Numbered from the whole stretch's first letter, positions 11,869-24,196 are shown. The stretch: 63,193 nt of DNA, filler included, from Rhabdomonas costata (GCA_019059605.1; 49 parts of 49 records of this genome joined end to end with filler, not necessarily neighbours in it); one strand, 5' to 3'. Translations and numbers: made by a program. The notes: generated by a model from the sequence alone, not told the origin.

Positions 11869-12742
11869 AACCACGACCACAAAAGTTACCTGCTCAGCGC
11901 GGACAGCGTGGTGTGCTGCTGGGACGTCGGTGCCATGGGGGGCTCTTGCGGGGAGTCTGGCGCCCCGCCCTCTCTGAACCCAGTCTTCACCAGCTCCGCC
12001 CACACTGACAGCATCAACGACGTGGCGTGGCTCAGTGGTAGCTTATACACATATCATCACAGTGGTGGAAACACCCGGAAGGGATCGACGCAACCTAGCT
12101 TTGCTTTGCAGTAGTTTATAACTGACCACCGGGTTCATGACCGGTGGATGAGTTGCAGTTCTTGTAAAACGCAGCAAGAAACTTTCTTGGTAGTTCAGAA
12201 GCATTTTGAGCTAAACAAAAAGGTGCCGTTTGTTTTTCGCATTGCGAATGTTGGGTCCTGAATCCTAGATCCTGAAAGGCATTGCTCGCGATTATTGAGA
12301 CCGAAAAGGGGGATGTAACACCACACGCCGGGGTGGGACTGCACACCAAAAAAAATACCGTGCTCAGATCTTGGCCTCCTCTACGCTTGTAGTTTCTGAA
12401 TTTGTATTTGTAGTAGCATATGTCCGAAGCTCCCAGACCGTCATTCACGGTATCTGCGGGCTGGTTTTTTGGGGAGCTCGCACACCGGCGTCTTCTTTGT
12501 GCTCTTGCCATTGCTCTCTTCTTCTTCTTCTTCCTGTGGTTGTCCATTGCAAAGCCGACGTGTTCGCCTCGGTGTCGGACGACCACACCCTCCGGCTGTG
12601 GGACCTGCGGGCTGGCAAGGCCAGCCCCTCGCACACCGTGAACTACGCCACGGGAAACCTCAATGTAGTGGACTTTGCTCCCCAACAGGGAGCGCCCAGC
12701 TTGGAGAGCGGGAAGCTCCTCACCGGCACCGCCGACGGCAAG
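11869..12742 (+). CDS. WD40 protein, RBBP4/MSI1 (histone-binding)-like, internal exons
   Basis: Exon ~11869-12037 (NHDHKSYLLSADSVVCCWDV..AHTDSINDVAWLS) and exon 12555-12742 (ADVFASVSDDHTLRLWDLR..PSHTV..LNVVDFAP..LLTGTADGK) are phase compatible and collinear with RBBP4 repeats. The 5' boundary is uncertain. Confidence 0.8.
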
Positions 12743-12929
12743 GCGCGCCCATTTCACCTATAAATTGCGCTCCAAGCGAATGGAGCAGACGGATTCGTTT
12801 CCTTTTCACACACAAACACNNNNNNNNNNNNNNNNNNNNNNNNNNNNNNNNNNNNNNNNNNNNTTAATTAATTAANNNNNNNNNNNNNNNNNNNNNNNNN
12901 NNNNNNNNNNNNNNNNNNNGGTTTTTTGT

Positions 12930-13790
12930 ACTTTGCTCGGTATTCTCTCGGCACTCATACAACTTATTAATTTTTTTGAATTGTCTTTCAATGTGCAGTT
13001 TTTAAAAATTGGCGGGAAGTGAAGAAACTTATTATACATTTCATCATTATTAGGTACTTGTATATCAACTTCATAAAAACCATATGTAGTTTTCATCAAT
13101 TGATGAATATTTTTATCATTATCAAATTTTTCATATTTCAACATACCTGTTGGCATCTCTTGTAAAACTCCATAAATATAATGCGTTTGCATCAAAGCCT
13201 ACAATTTTTTTATCAGTTTACCTTCGTCACCCAGTGTGTATTTCCCATTTTGTCTTATAACTAGTCTAGATCTTGTCACATCTCTTTCATGATACCGATG
13301 AAAAACAATTGAAGGACCACCTACATTATTTTTTCTCAACAAATAGTCTTTGTTTTTCTCATTAATTAGGTATACCTTGTTGTTGTAAACTTTTATTTCT
13401 TTTGTTACATTTCCTTCATCCTCAACTATTTCAGTATCACATTGGACATTATCATATTTCTGTTCATTTGAGTTCTTGAACATGATTTTTTCTGCTAATC
13501 CTGATAAAGATATAGCGTCTTTGTGCATATCAAAACCTAATTTATAATAGAATTCTTTGTGCTTAGGGATTGCTTGTATTAATGGTTTAACATCTAAATT
13601 ATTATAATATTTAAGATAATCAAACATATTTTTCATATTTTCTTGTTTCCAAACATCCTTTAGTTTATTATATTCCTCTATTCTTGTTTTTGTTTTTTAA
13701 AAATATTTATAATCTGGTAGTTGTTTATCATACAGTTTATTAAAACTTGTCAAGTATCTATAAGGAAAATGAGCTTTTATCATATCTGTT
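12930..13790 (-). pseudogene. Protein-primed family B DNA polymerase (Polinton/Maverick type), disrupted
   Basis: AT-rich and intronless. Motifs in order: KAHFPY, DYLKYYNNLDVKPL, GGPSIVFHRYHE, IVGFDANALYLW (motif A, after a frameshift at ~13200), QEMPTG, GFYEVDI, FPPIFKN. Contains a stop and frameshifts. Confidence 0.85.
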
Positions 13791-14212
13791 TCACGTGACT
13801 TTAGTTATTTATCTAAACTACAACAATAGACAAAAACGGAAAAGAGAGATCAACTGGTCTGTCTTATCTTGAGTGGATTATAAAGCAGGATTGGTTCCGT
13901 CATGTTGATATCATTAAAAAGGTAATTGATGAAGTCAAGAATTTAGATATTGAGCATGATACAGAGCAAGAAGATAAACCTAAAATAGAAAAGAAGAAGA
14001 AGAAAGACCCTAAAACTGTTAAAATCAGTACAACAGAACAAGATAAGACATTACATTTTCAATGATTCATGAAAATAAAAGTGTGAGTTTATTAATATAA
14101 TGGATCAAAACANNNNNNNNNNNNNNNNNNNNNNNNNNNNNNNNNNNNNNNNNNNNTTAATTAATTAANNNNNNNNNNNNNNNNNNNNNNNNNNNNNNNN
14201 NNNNNNNNNNNN

Positions 14213-14954
14213 GGTTATTGTTGGGCCCCTTTTTGCCTTCAAGGGTTGGTGTTTTGAAGAGAAAGAACTGTAGGCTGGCACATGGGGAATTCTTTGAATT
14301 ACTCCGTAAACTCATCCCTACTCTCCTGCTCTCTCACTCTGTCACTTATATATGTACTAGTCATAACCTAGCAGAACTGTAGGGGCATTTCATTTTGTTC
14401 TAGTCCTTTCCACAAAATCACACCACAAAAAGGACAAACGCTTTCAGGTGTACAACCTGCAAGGAATGCAGGCGCGGTTTCTGTACGTCCTGACTAGTAC
14501 ATATATAAGTGACAGAGTGAGAGAGGATGAGAGCCATTGCATAAGAAATTTATAAGGCAGGGGGGGGGTCTGCGTAAGTTCTCATAGTTGTCTAATTACA
14601 GACACACAGTACTACACAGTACTGAGTGGTCCTGGCAGTACTGAGTGGTACTGGTGGTACTGAGTGGCGACTGGTGGCCTCCAAGCTGCTGCGAATGAAC
14701 TGGCCCCGCTCCACCACCACACACTCTGCTGAGCATACCTAAGGGTAGAGCCCAGAGTAATTCATGCTGGCACGAGTGGGCCGTTATGGTTGTGTGTTTA
14801 GAGCCACGCTAGAGGCCAATTTGAGGGCCATTTTGGTTATTGTTGGGCCCCTTTTTGCCTTCAAGGGTTGGTGTTTTGAAGAGAAAGAACTGTAGGCTGG
14901 CACATGGGGAATTCTTTGAATTACTCCGTAAACTCATCCCTACTCTCCTGCTCT
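14213..14954. repeat. ~120-bp perfect direct repeat (14213-14332 / 14835-14954) plus nested 33-bp inverted repeat (14331-14363 / 14491-14523)
   Basis: Identity is directly visible. The first copy begins at the contig edge, consistent with an amplification chimera. Confidence 0.85.
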
Positions 14955-17294
14955 ATGTAAAGGGGATCTCTCGAGTGCTGCTCTTTTCAAAATCGGCCTT
15001 CTATTTCTTTCAGCCTCAACTCGCTTTAAGTGGAACCCGGGCCCTACACTGCGAGCTTGAAGGCAAGCACACACCAAGGTTCCAAACGTCAAACATGCAG
15101 ACTGAGTGCCATGGACCGTCCACCCACCTGCACACATTCACTTGCGATAGCCGTCACAAAAAGACGCTAACGACATGCAAACGCTCGGATTCGCTAGATA
15201 CCCTTACGACACGTCCGCCCTCAGGGTACCGCCGCAGCTAAGTACCAATTACTGTTTACGGAGTGAGTCACCATTGTTTTGGCCGACACGCTAACATCCG
15301 GGGCAGAGCTACAGCCACGCTCATTCGCCCATATCCCTTCCCTAAAATCCCCAAGGACGACAAACATCAACCCAGAAACCAAACACCCACACGAAATTCC
15401 ACACANNNNNNNNNNNNNNNNNNNNNNNNNNNNNNNNNNNNNNNNNNNNTTAATTAATTAANNNNNNNNNNNNNNNNNNNNNNNNNNNNNNNNNNNNNNN
15501 NNNNNACTGCGGTGTGTGGTATTCCAAGTGGATGTGCTTGTGTTTAGGAGTGGCTGTGGGGTTTGGGGGTTTGGCTGCTCCCTGGATATGCGGACCTGGG
15601 AAGAAGAGCCCAAGGTAGCGTTGAGCTGAACACTGCGCTGAAGCACCCATGCGCTTTAGTTCCGATGAGTTGGTTTTTTGTTGCCCTACGTTGACTTTGG
15701 TATGCCTTTGGTTGGATTCCAGAGTACCGGCATTGTTTGGGTGAGACTCGAGGACGACGTGTCGGCGTTCCCTTTCGTTTCGATCGAGTCTTCTGGGCCC
15801 ACTTGTTTTGCTACGGTCGCACTTTGTTGTATTCCGTGGTTCACTGTTGGAACGAATTCTTCCATCGTTTGACAAATCACTTTCGAAGCAGCGGCGGAAG
15901 CACTCATTGTGTATTGTGGCACGTGTTGTAAGTTGTAATAACCGGCAACTGAACACCGGATGCGGTGGTTTCCATTCCAATGAAACTCGCCATAGAATGA
16001 AAAACGGAGGCCCTGGGACTCCGCAGGAATTCCTCTTTTTTTCGGTGTTCAGAGCCTCGTTTATCAGTGTATTGATAGCTCGTGGCAATGCTTCTTTTTC
16101 GGGAAAAGTTTTTCGATCCCTCGGAACCGTGCTGCAGAAAAATAAATGCCGGCGCAGAAAGCCCTGCCCAAAGAGTGGTGGTGGCTTCATCCTCCTCTGG
16201 AGGCCTGGAATCAGCGGCATCGACGGGTTTTTTCCTCTTTCACACATACTTGCTCTCACCGCAGCATACCTCAGCAGCTGCGGTAGGTACAGTCCTGTAA
16301 TACAACACCGGGCTGGATTGGTGTTGATGGTGGTAATGTGGTAATGGTATTAATGGTGGTAAATGTTTGAAGTATTTTTTTTAATTCCCGAGAGCTACTC
16401 GATAGAAAAATTGCAGAGGAGGAAAACTTTGAATGGATTTTCGCATGATTACAAGCTCCAACTTGTGTTTCGGCGCCCCCAGGGAGAGTTGGCGCTCTCT
16501 TCTTAAGATTTCATATTGGTCTCCCCGAAATAAGTATGTCGCACTCATTTGCACCGAAACCCCAGGCAATTTTGCTGTATTTTTTCGGGAGGGGGGGCAC
16601 TGTTGCCTTCAGCCTCCTCCTCCTCGAGACCAGGCATTTTGCTCGGGGGGCTCCGCCCCCCCCCCCACACACACATGTGCATCGCCTCCAAACCCCNNNN
16701 NNNNNNNNNNNNNNNNNNNNNNNNNNNNNNNNNNNNNNNNTTAATTAATTAANNNNNNNNNNNNNNNNNNNNNNNNNNNNNNNNNNNNNNNNNNNNTTTT
16801 GTGTTGCGGGTGTACTTCGGGAGGTTCTGCAGGTGCAGGGAATCTGCCGAGGGCAGCGAGCCAAACATCCCTCCGCTCCCTGCACTGCAGGACATCACCA
16901 AAGGCTGGTCCTCTGTCGCGGGGCCCTCAGGATCCGCCCCAGGGCGCTTGATCCGAAGCGACCGAAAGCGGTCCATTTGGATGCGGAAGAAAGGGGGGTG
17001 GGGTTGGGTGAGGAGGAAGAAAAGGATGCCAAGGAGACGAAGGAACCCGAATAAAGAGGAACGAGAACACCCACACCGGAACGGAAGGGGCTCACCTAGC
17101 CTTCCACTCCAGCGGGTCAAAATTCCACCCCATTACTGGAAAAAACCTGCTTTCTGTGTGCACCTGAAAAAGAGATGAGAAGGGTAAGAATGGAGAATGG
17201 GAGAAGTGAATTGGGTACCCAAAAACCGAAAGGTCCAAGTCCAACGTTGCAATCGCGGGTGCGTGGAGCAATTCAAAGGCTTGGGATGCTACGT

Positions 17295-17343
17295 GCACAC
17301 ACACACACACACACACCACACACACACACTCACACACACACAC
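17295..17343. repeat. (CA)n microsatellite; similar (CA/GT)n tracts at ~35119-35141, ~39496-39512, ~51954-51985 and (CGAA)n at ~45047-45077
   Basis: Directly visible simple repeats, mostly intronic or intergenic. Confidence 0.9.
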
Positions 17344-19441
17344 TTCCAGGCCAGGGTATTTCATTTCATTTTTATATCATTGAAAAATCGACTTGGTGTG
17401 TTTGGTTAATTTTCGGCCATTTCCACTCCCACAGATGCCCAGCATCGAACATGCATTCCTCTGTGCCTTCTAACCGAAACCTAAGAGCCACGTCTTTTTG
17501 TACCAACTAATTGGCTGCTTTCACGTTTCTTGTTTCTTGGTTGATGGGCTGCCAAATGACGCAGCGCCGGTCGGGCCGGTCGGTGGCTGTTTCGGACCGG
17601 CTTTTTGACTGCACCCTTTGAGCCACAGAACCGGCAAAAAAAAAGGCCCAAAGACCACTCATCCAACCACAGCCACGGACCAGTTGCTCGGGACAACGAA
17701 GTGTGAATTATAATCAGTACTTGCTTGAACAAGGAGGCAATGTCTGCCCAAAAGCGATTGGCAATGCACACATAACCACCCGTCGAAAGCATCAAGGCCC
17801 CTCCAAGCCCCACGCCACACCACCGTGGGGTGCACATACATCTAACTATACAGTCAGCGGACAACGACACCATCAGCTTGACTCTGAAGCCCAACGAGCC
17901 CCCCGATCGACAGTACACGCAAACTCCGACCAGCCCAGCGACAGAAGCCACCTATGCCAAACGTCCACCCACGAAATACCAACCCCCCNNNNNNNNNNNN
18001 NNNNNNNNNNNNNNNNNNNNNNNNNNNNNNNNTTAATTAATTAANNNNNNNNNNNNNNNNNNNNNNNNNNNNNNNNNNNNNNNNNNNNGGGGTGTTGTCA
18101 TGTAATGTGATGGTCGCTGCATGGGCACTGAGTTCGTGGTCTCATCCTGGGCTCAGAATCTGGGGTCTGTGCGTGTATTTTAGCTTCGCGGTTTGGATTT
18201 TGTTTTGGTTTTTGCATTCGAGGTCATGAATTCTACTTCTGTTTCGGTCTTAGTGGTTGGGTTTCTGAGTTGGGTGGATCTTTTGGTTCCTTGGTTCGTA
18301 GGTGGGTGTGGGTGTTGGTCCTTTGGCATTTCTTCCTCTTAACCACAGTTACTCGTGCACCCGGTATTCGTGGTTTTGGTTCTAGCGTTGGTTTTTTGGT
18401 TCGGAGTCGTGGTTACGGGTTCTCGTTCCTCCTTTATGCACTCTGTCTTTACTGTTCTGTATTTGTGGTTACGGTTCAGGTATTTGGCCTTACTTATTGT
18501 GGTGTGTGTCTTCTGGTGCTTGTGGTATCTTGTAGTGTTTGGAGGTGGGGCTGTAGTTTGGTTGCAAATTTGATCACGTTACATGTCACATATGTGGTCA
18601 GGGTTTTGCTTGCTTGCACTGTTGCTTTTTTGTGTTTTGCTTGCTTGCACTGTTGGTTTTGCATTAAGGGTAGGGGTTACGATGAAGTGGTTACGGTGTG
18701 TATTAAAGGTGCTGGGGGATGCTACACTGCTGAACTCGTGGAGATTGTATTGCCTTTCTGTGCGTTGTGGTTGCGTGTGTGTGTGTGTAAAAACGTTACC
18801 TTCGAGGAGGTTGGAATCCGGTTTCGGTGTCAGCTACGCTCGAAATTCGCTTTCTGTAAGTCCGGACACACATATAATACGTAGTTTGTTTACACGAAGA
18901 GTACCACAATGTACCAAAAGTACACATGAATGCTACTCAACTCACAATGACGCCCACCACAAATCGTAGCCAGCTAGTTCATTACACCTAAATCATAAAA
19001 CAATACCAACACATGAAAACACACCACCTGAAAATCCTTAGCAACAAAAAGCGTATCACCATCACGAGAAACCAAAAGAGGCTACAGAGTCCAACCAAAG
19101 GACGCACAAACAACACCTGAGACAACAATGCAGTCACAACACCCACAAACAACAACCACAAAGAAAAACCATTCATCCTAGGCATCAGCGGCTAGGTGTT
19201 CAGCACTATGCCGATGGTGAAGTGGGACGGCCCGGAGGCCGAAGAGCCCGCGACCTCAGCGCCCGGGCCGTCCCACCAACCNNNNNNNNNNNNNNNNNNN
19301 NNNNNNNNNNNNNNNNNNNNNNNNNTTAATTAATTAANNNNNNNNNNNNNNNNNNNNNNNNNNNNNNNNNNNNNNNNNNNNATTTTCCCTCCTGATCCCC
19401 CCCCCCTCCAACAATTCGGGTTTGTGGCTGGGCTCATTCAG

Positions 19442-20052
19442 AAGGAGCAACCTCTTCGGCACGACCTGCGAAACCCAAGAAGTCTTCCGGAGTGGAAGGT
19501 AAGTGTGCGTTGGGGTCTCTTATTGATGTGTGTACGTAGCTGTGGTGTTCTTGTTGTTGCTTGGTTTTTGTGGCTCGCGGTTGCGCACTTGGGTGGGTGT
19601 GTGTGTGGTGCAGGTTGTTGGGTCCGATTGGATGTGATTCTAGCGCAGAGGGGCCAATTCTTTGCTTCGCCGTCTTTTGGGGCTCAGTCCCATTCCTGTC
19701 CCGTCTGCTGTACTTTGAACGGAATGGCCCCCACCCTCTGTAGCAGAGTATGCTGCATTTGAATGGTCTTTTGAATCTGTGGTGGCTCGTGGTGAATTCT
19801 GATCTTTGCAGTGGGAGTCCCACTGCTGCTTATAACTGCAGCGCTGCAGTCTCCACCCGCAGCGAGCATCAGCACCCTGGAATACGAAAAGAGTTTTTTG
19901 TTCGGCTCCCCTTCTCACTTCGCCTGGCTTTGTGTTACCCCCCAGGATGCCTGTCTGTGAAGATGGAGCTGGGCAGCAAAGCGCTTTGTGGCGAGGACAC
20001 CTTCTTCTCCATCCGGTTTGCGCCGACGGGAAGACCTTCGCTGCCGCCGCAG
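19442..20052 (+). CDS. Probable WD40-repeat protein exons with an apparent 1-nt frameshift
   Basis: Exon 19442-19498 (AG..|GTAAGT) and exon 19946-20052 (CLSVKMELGSKALCGEDTFFSIRFAP/DGKTFAAAA|GT). The WD40-like SIRFAPDGKTFAAA needs one extra base at ~20023. Confidence 0.5.
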
Positions 20053-22532
20053 GTCGAATGGCCTTTTGCAGTCGAGCTTCAGTTATGATTGGTTGTGCGC
20101 CGTCAACTGGGTAGTTGCACAGCGAATAGGAAGATCTGAGCCGAAGTTGGTGAGCACACCCCACTCCTATAGGGGTAGCCCCTGACAATCGGGGCACAGG
20201 TCCGGCAGGCCGGCAGAATAGGATAATTGGGTGCTGCTTGAAGGCCCCCCGGAACGACGGTGGGCGTTGATGTAAACACTCTCCGGAGCGTAACAACAGG
20301 GTTGTTTGTAAGCGAGTGAAGTGAAAAGCAGAAATGCATCTACAGTGGGAAGCAATCGGGAGCAGAAAGGGATGAATGCAGAATCTGGCCATAAAAAGTA
20401 CAAAGAAGCAGGAAGAAGGAGCAGGAAGGATCCGATAGAGGGCAGAGGAAGAATCGGTAAAACCCTCTCCTTATGTTCTCTTTGGCCAGATTCTGCATTC
20501 ATCCCTTTCTGCTCCCGATTGCTTCCCACTGTAGATGCATTTCTGCTTTTCACTTCACTCGCTCACAAACAAANNNNNNNNNNNNNNNNNNNNNNNNNNN
20601 NNNNNNNNNNNNNNNNNTTAATTAATTAANNNNNNNNNNNNNNNNNNNNNNNNNNNNNNNNNNNNNNNNNNNNCTTCCACGGCCGAGTCATTTTTTGCTA
20701 TGTGTGTGCTTCTATGGGTATGAGTGCGACAGTGTTGCATGCGCCATTTCGGTGCTGGGTTAGGTGATGGTATTGCTGGATGGGGCTTTGCCTCGCGTGG
20801 TCATGTTGGTTCAGTGCTTTCGATGCGGCAGACTTCCAGATTGGTGCGTGCACGCGTGCGTGTGAGAAAAGACGTGTTTTTGGGGTCTGACGCTTCTGGG
20901 GACGCCTCTGCTGCCAGTCGGTGGTCCTTCAGAGACCTCTAACTGGTGACGAATAAATAAATCATAGTTGATGAGAAAAATAACGTCAGGCACGGCAGGT
21001 GACGCCAAGCACCTGGCTTCACGGGAGCAGGTTTCGAAACGGCAGTGGGAGGGGGAGAGGACGGGAGAGCTGGAACGGGAGCTGGGGAAGGGACAGCCGT
21101 GCCCACCGCTGCGGGAGGGTGCCCACCCCCTGCAGCCTCCACCTGGAGCAGCAAGTGGGTGGGGTCACACAACCACACAAATACATCCTGGAAAAACGCG
21201 CGAACGCCACCAGGGCAGGAAAATCCCTGTTTTTTTTCCACACATCTCCGCAACTCGCAAGCCACGGCCCTTCTGCAGTCTCGGATTCACGGAAAAATGT
21301 ATCGCCAGCTTATTTTTTTTACGCTTGACATCATCAAACGGCACAGTTCAGCGGCACAACCAACAGCAAAGCAAAAATGCACAATGACATAGAAGAGAAC
21401 TGAAAGGAACGGAACACCTCGGAAAAACCCTGACAATGGCGTCTGTACTGGCCTATGACTCAGCATTCATAGCAGTCATAGTGGTACGGGGCTGGGTTGT
21501 GTGGTCTGCTGCAGCCCACTGGGCCTTCCGCTCGTTCGATTCGTCAAGCACACCCGATGATATCCACCACCGTTTCCTTGAAAAGGACATTGCTACCGAA
21601 TTCAAGAAGGGCGCTGATGCTGATGAAGGCCACCACCTTGATTGACAGGAAAAATTCCCATGGCATTTCCCGGGGCATTGAAAACGTTCTACCCTGACGG
21701 CTGAACACAGTGCAGTACAACGAAGTTCCCCATAGGCAGCAAAGCAGGGAAGCGTGGACCTGCACCCCACGGCTCACCACCAGCACCACCACGGAGCCCG
21801 CCGGGGCGGCAAGAATCTGCGGGGTGCCGTTCCCCCCGGAGGTCATCGGGGAGCCACCCAACCNNNNNNNNNNNNNNNNNNNNNNNNNNNNNNNNNNNNN
21901 NNNNNNNTTAATTAATTAANNNNNNNNNNNNNNNNNNNNNNNNNNNNNNNNNNNNNNNNNNNNGTGTGGTTTGGAGCAGCAAGTGCAATGCCTGCAGGCG
22001 CTGGCGCAGAGCTTCACCGAGGGCTTTTCCTCAGACGACGACACCAATAACGCAGAGCGCCAGCCTCCCCAGGCACGTGCCTGTTCTTGTGCATTTCTTC
22101 CCCTTCCATGTTCTCTCAGGCACAGTATTGCTCGGAGATTTGCGCTAAGCGCCTCACTGGTACTGCGTTCCTCCCCAATTATGTCAAGTATTCTGCCGTA
22201 GCATGCATGGCCTCCGGTTGACCTGTTGAGGAGTTTATGTTTGCGCTGACCGATGATTTTCCAGTCTCTTTGGTCGTGTCGTTTGACTAGTCTCTTGAGC
22301 ACTCTTGCGGCTGAGTGAACCGCCTTGACCCGTCACATTGTGGTGGAGGTGGTGGTGGGGCATTCCGAAGGGTCAGCTGGGTTATAGAGGATCTTGTGAG
22401 GGAAGGTAGTGCCAATACTATGTGAATGACTTCATTTTGCTAGTGTTGTAATGGTTCCTCGCGTGAGTTCATTGCCGGTATGGATCTTACGGGGGGACAC
22501 TGTATGGGGATTCCCATCTAAGAATGTTGCTG

Positions 22533-22860
22533 TCCAAGGACAACGACTTGGCTTTGAGGAAACGAGCGGGATAGATTTGCACCACCGGAATTTAGCGGGC
22601 TGCTGAGGCAACTTGCCATTTAAAGGGAGGGGGTTGTAACCGTGTATTCTTCGTGAGCGACGAGGCAATACTGTTTGCCCAATCCATGGAATTGCCTTGT
22701 CGTCCCCTTGTCGGGTGGGGCGCCAAGCACAAAGATGATTTCCCTGAAGCAATCACGTGCGCCAAGGACAAAGAGTTGGCTTTGAGGAAACGAGCCTGAC
22801 AGAGTTGCGCCGCCGGAATGTAGCCGCCTGCTGAAGTAGCCTGCCTTTTGAAGGGGCTGT
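22533..22860. repeat. Diverged ~95-bp direct repeat, period ~230 bp
   Basis: CCAAGGACAAcgacTTGGCTTTGAGGAAACGAGC..CCGGAATtTAGC..GCTG at ~22534 recurs at ~22762 with substitutions. Confidence 0.8.
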
Positions 22861-23559
22861 GATATTTTCAAGGGGGCGGGGCGTTAAACGTTTCGAGTCG
22901 AAATTTGTCGAACTTAGTCGAAATTTGTTAAACTTTAAAAAATCGGCATCGGTAAACAGTAAACCCCCTTTCGCAAAAATAACATCATCCACGGAGTTCA
23001 GGAACAGTTAACCAAAGCTCCGTGATGAGAAAATGACTTTATTAGGAACACGACTTTTTACCGTTTGACGCCGATGAACGTTCAACACCATTAAACAGCA
23101 AAAGTCAAGTTTTTGCAGGACCCCACCCCATGACACGTCCCCGTCCCCATCCCACNNNNNNNNNNNNNNNNNNNNNNNNNNNNNNNNNNNNNNNNNNNNT
23201 TAATTAATTAANNNNNNNNNNNNNNNNNNNNNNNNNNNNNNNNNNNNNNNNNNNNGTGGTGTTGTAATTTTTAATGAATCTGTTTTACTTCCTTCATAAA
23301 GATTAATAAATTTTTTGTAATAAAAAACTTCTTGCATTTTTCTTTATCTTTATTTCACTATATATTTCATGTGATTCTAATTTCTGTAGATGGTATTTGT
23401 AAATATTTATCTAAACAACTATACTCTATATCTTTCATAAATTCTCTGTTTTTTAGATATAATTCAACCAGAACAATTATACCAATCATATAACAATGCA
23501 TTATAACTGTCAATCCATGACTAAATATCAATTGAATTTCCTGTTTGATTTCTTCATTT

Positions 23560-24196
23560 TCTTCATAAAATTTTTTATTTTTATTATTTCTATCATCTGG
23601 TATTTTTACTTTAGAATTATCTTTTGCTTCTAATGTTGTATTTGTTGCATTATCCCAGAATATATTTTGTTGATAATTCCTATCATACATCATAAAACCT
23701 ATTAATAGCCATACTTCGAAATGTAGAAGGTGGTGCTGTTAATTTGGAAGGTTCAGGACTTAGAAAATTATTACAATCATTGATATGTTTAAGACTCATT
23801 TTTGTTACGTTAATATTATTTAATCCTCCTCGTTTGCTTTTGATAATGGCATGTTACGATTTGATAATAATATAGATTCTATATCCGTAAGATCTTCATT
23901 TGGTAAAGCTCGACAGTTACATATTGTACTAACACCAACATTATCTACAGTATATTGTATATATCATCAAGAACCAATACATTTTTATTCTTTTTATTCT
24001 TAGTTGGTATGATTGGTCTATTATTAGGATTAATAAATTTTTATAGAAGAGTAAGTGCTAATTACAAAGATACACTTGAAATTGATGCTGCACTAGTCAC
24101 AAACGGTTGTTTAGCATTATTATATTGCATATGTAATTCAAATATAATGTTTGATTTTATTGTTCCCGTATCAATTACATTATTTTTATTAGCCAT
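23560..24196 (-). pseudogene. Frameshifted homolog of a conserved Mimiviridae/Imitervirales hypothetical protein
   Basis: Very AT-rich and intronless. Joining three frames gives GVST..PNEDLTDIESILLSNRNMPLSK/SKRGGLNNINVTKMSLKHINDCNNFLSPEPSKLTAPPSTFRSMAINRFYD/RNYQQNIFWDNATNTTLEAKDN. I recall the pattern D[VI]ESILSNRN..SK..C.xFL.P..S.LT.PP..R...INRFY....Q.NIF.D...NT.LEAKDN from mimivirus-like genomes; not searched. Confidence 0.7.

Noticed and set aside
14213-14954. 120-bp direct repeats as LTRs of a small element
   Set aside because: No TG..CA ends, PBS or PPT; the first copy starts at the contig edge beside an inverted segment, typical of a double template switch.
18270-18969. Long hydrophobic plus-strand ORFs as membrane proteins
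   Set aside because: Explained by G/T skew (few stops, Val/Cys/Phe/Leu-rich); overlapping frames are equally open.
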